Positions 63,501 through 64,000 of a DNA stretch of 64,000 bases are shown in pieces. The notes under the pieces are model-generated. The model was not told the DNA's origin. It ran no database searches and worked only from the letters and a program-made list of their open reading frames with translations. The stretch's first letter is position 1. Each line of letters begins with the position of its first letter. This DNA comes from Paragordius varius (lineage: Eukaryota; Animalia; Nematomorpha): positions 7,006,001-7,070,000 of the forward strand of contig OZ176053.1 in assembly GCA_964247055.1 (NCBI GenBank), given 5' to 3'. The position numbers and the translations under genes were made by a program.

Positions 63501-64000
63501 CAAAACCATATCAGATTAAAAAACGTTAAAATGTATTTATAAAAGCTGTTGATTTATCGATTTTGCGAACACAGTAATTATTATATAATATTTAAACATC
63601 CTTAAACTTAGATTATAATGTCAGCCGCATAAAAAAATTGTTTTGAAGACCCGACGGTCGAAAAGTTTCTGATTGCTGTTTTACACTTTTTTATCCCTTT
63701 CATTGTTTATTTTATCATATAAAAGTAAAATGTATTTTGATTCTCATATTGGTTTTGGTTTATGAGCTTGGAAGTTATTCAAGAAAACCCTATTTATCCT
63801 AATAGAAAATCGCACACCCTTTTTTAAATTCATGCTTGATAACAGTTTATTCCGTCAATACATGCCCTAAATTATATTTATTCAAGATATGATTTTCATA
63901 CATGAGCTTATTTGAAAATATTTAATAATATCTGTTAATATCGGCTCTTTAATATAAACGCAAATTACCTGATCATTTGTTATTTATTGTATGTTGAAAT

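Larger units (their letters stand above)
47323..64000 (+). repeat. Segmental duplication copy A' of 1-17084
   Basis: Collinear; lacks the 1046-1438 MITE and has small indels. Confidence 0.97.

Overview
Very AT-rich eukaryotic DNA, probably an invertebrate animal, inferred only from the TE families present. There are no recognisable housekeeping, rRNA, tRNA or CRISPR loci. The window is a higher-order tandem array of ~23-24 kb macro-units in A-B-A order, each starting with a 117-bp satellite array (at 1, 22640 and 47218). Bases 1-17084 are near-identically repeated at 47323-64000, while the middle unit is a rearranged, more diverged paralogue. Mobile elements: a full-length hAT transposon of the SPIN/Charlie/GTF2IRD2-like group in two copies (TIRs and 8-bp TSD), a polymorphic hAT MITE, a complete but frameshifted Mag-type Ty3/Gypsy LTR element (LTRs, 5-bp TSD, tRNA-His-type PBS, PPT), an older Gypsy remnant, a 5'-truncated RTE-like LINE, and several unnamed MITE/foldback families. 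The most interesting non-TE content is an unrecognised gene family. It comprises a 411-aa ORF with a protamine/H1-like lysine-rich N-terminus and a conserved C-terminal domain (KPxKxxKxIP...WPPIDVEDFF...SRSR...NSP*), a paralogous ORF/exon showing synonymous-biased change, and many pseudogenised copies. There are 12 copies of the domain end in total, many arranged as nested palindromes, and one palindrome's central segment lies in opposite orientations in different macro-units. All alignments were done by eye, so boundaries without TIR/TSD support are approximate. Many short ORFs in the supplied track start at non-ATG codons and look spurious.
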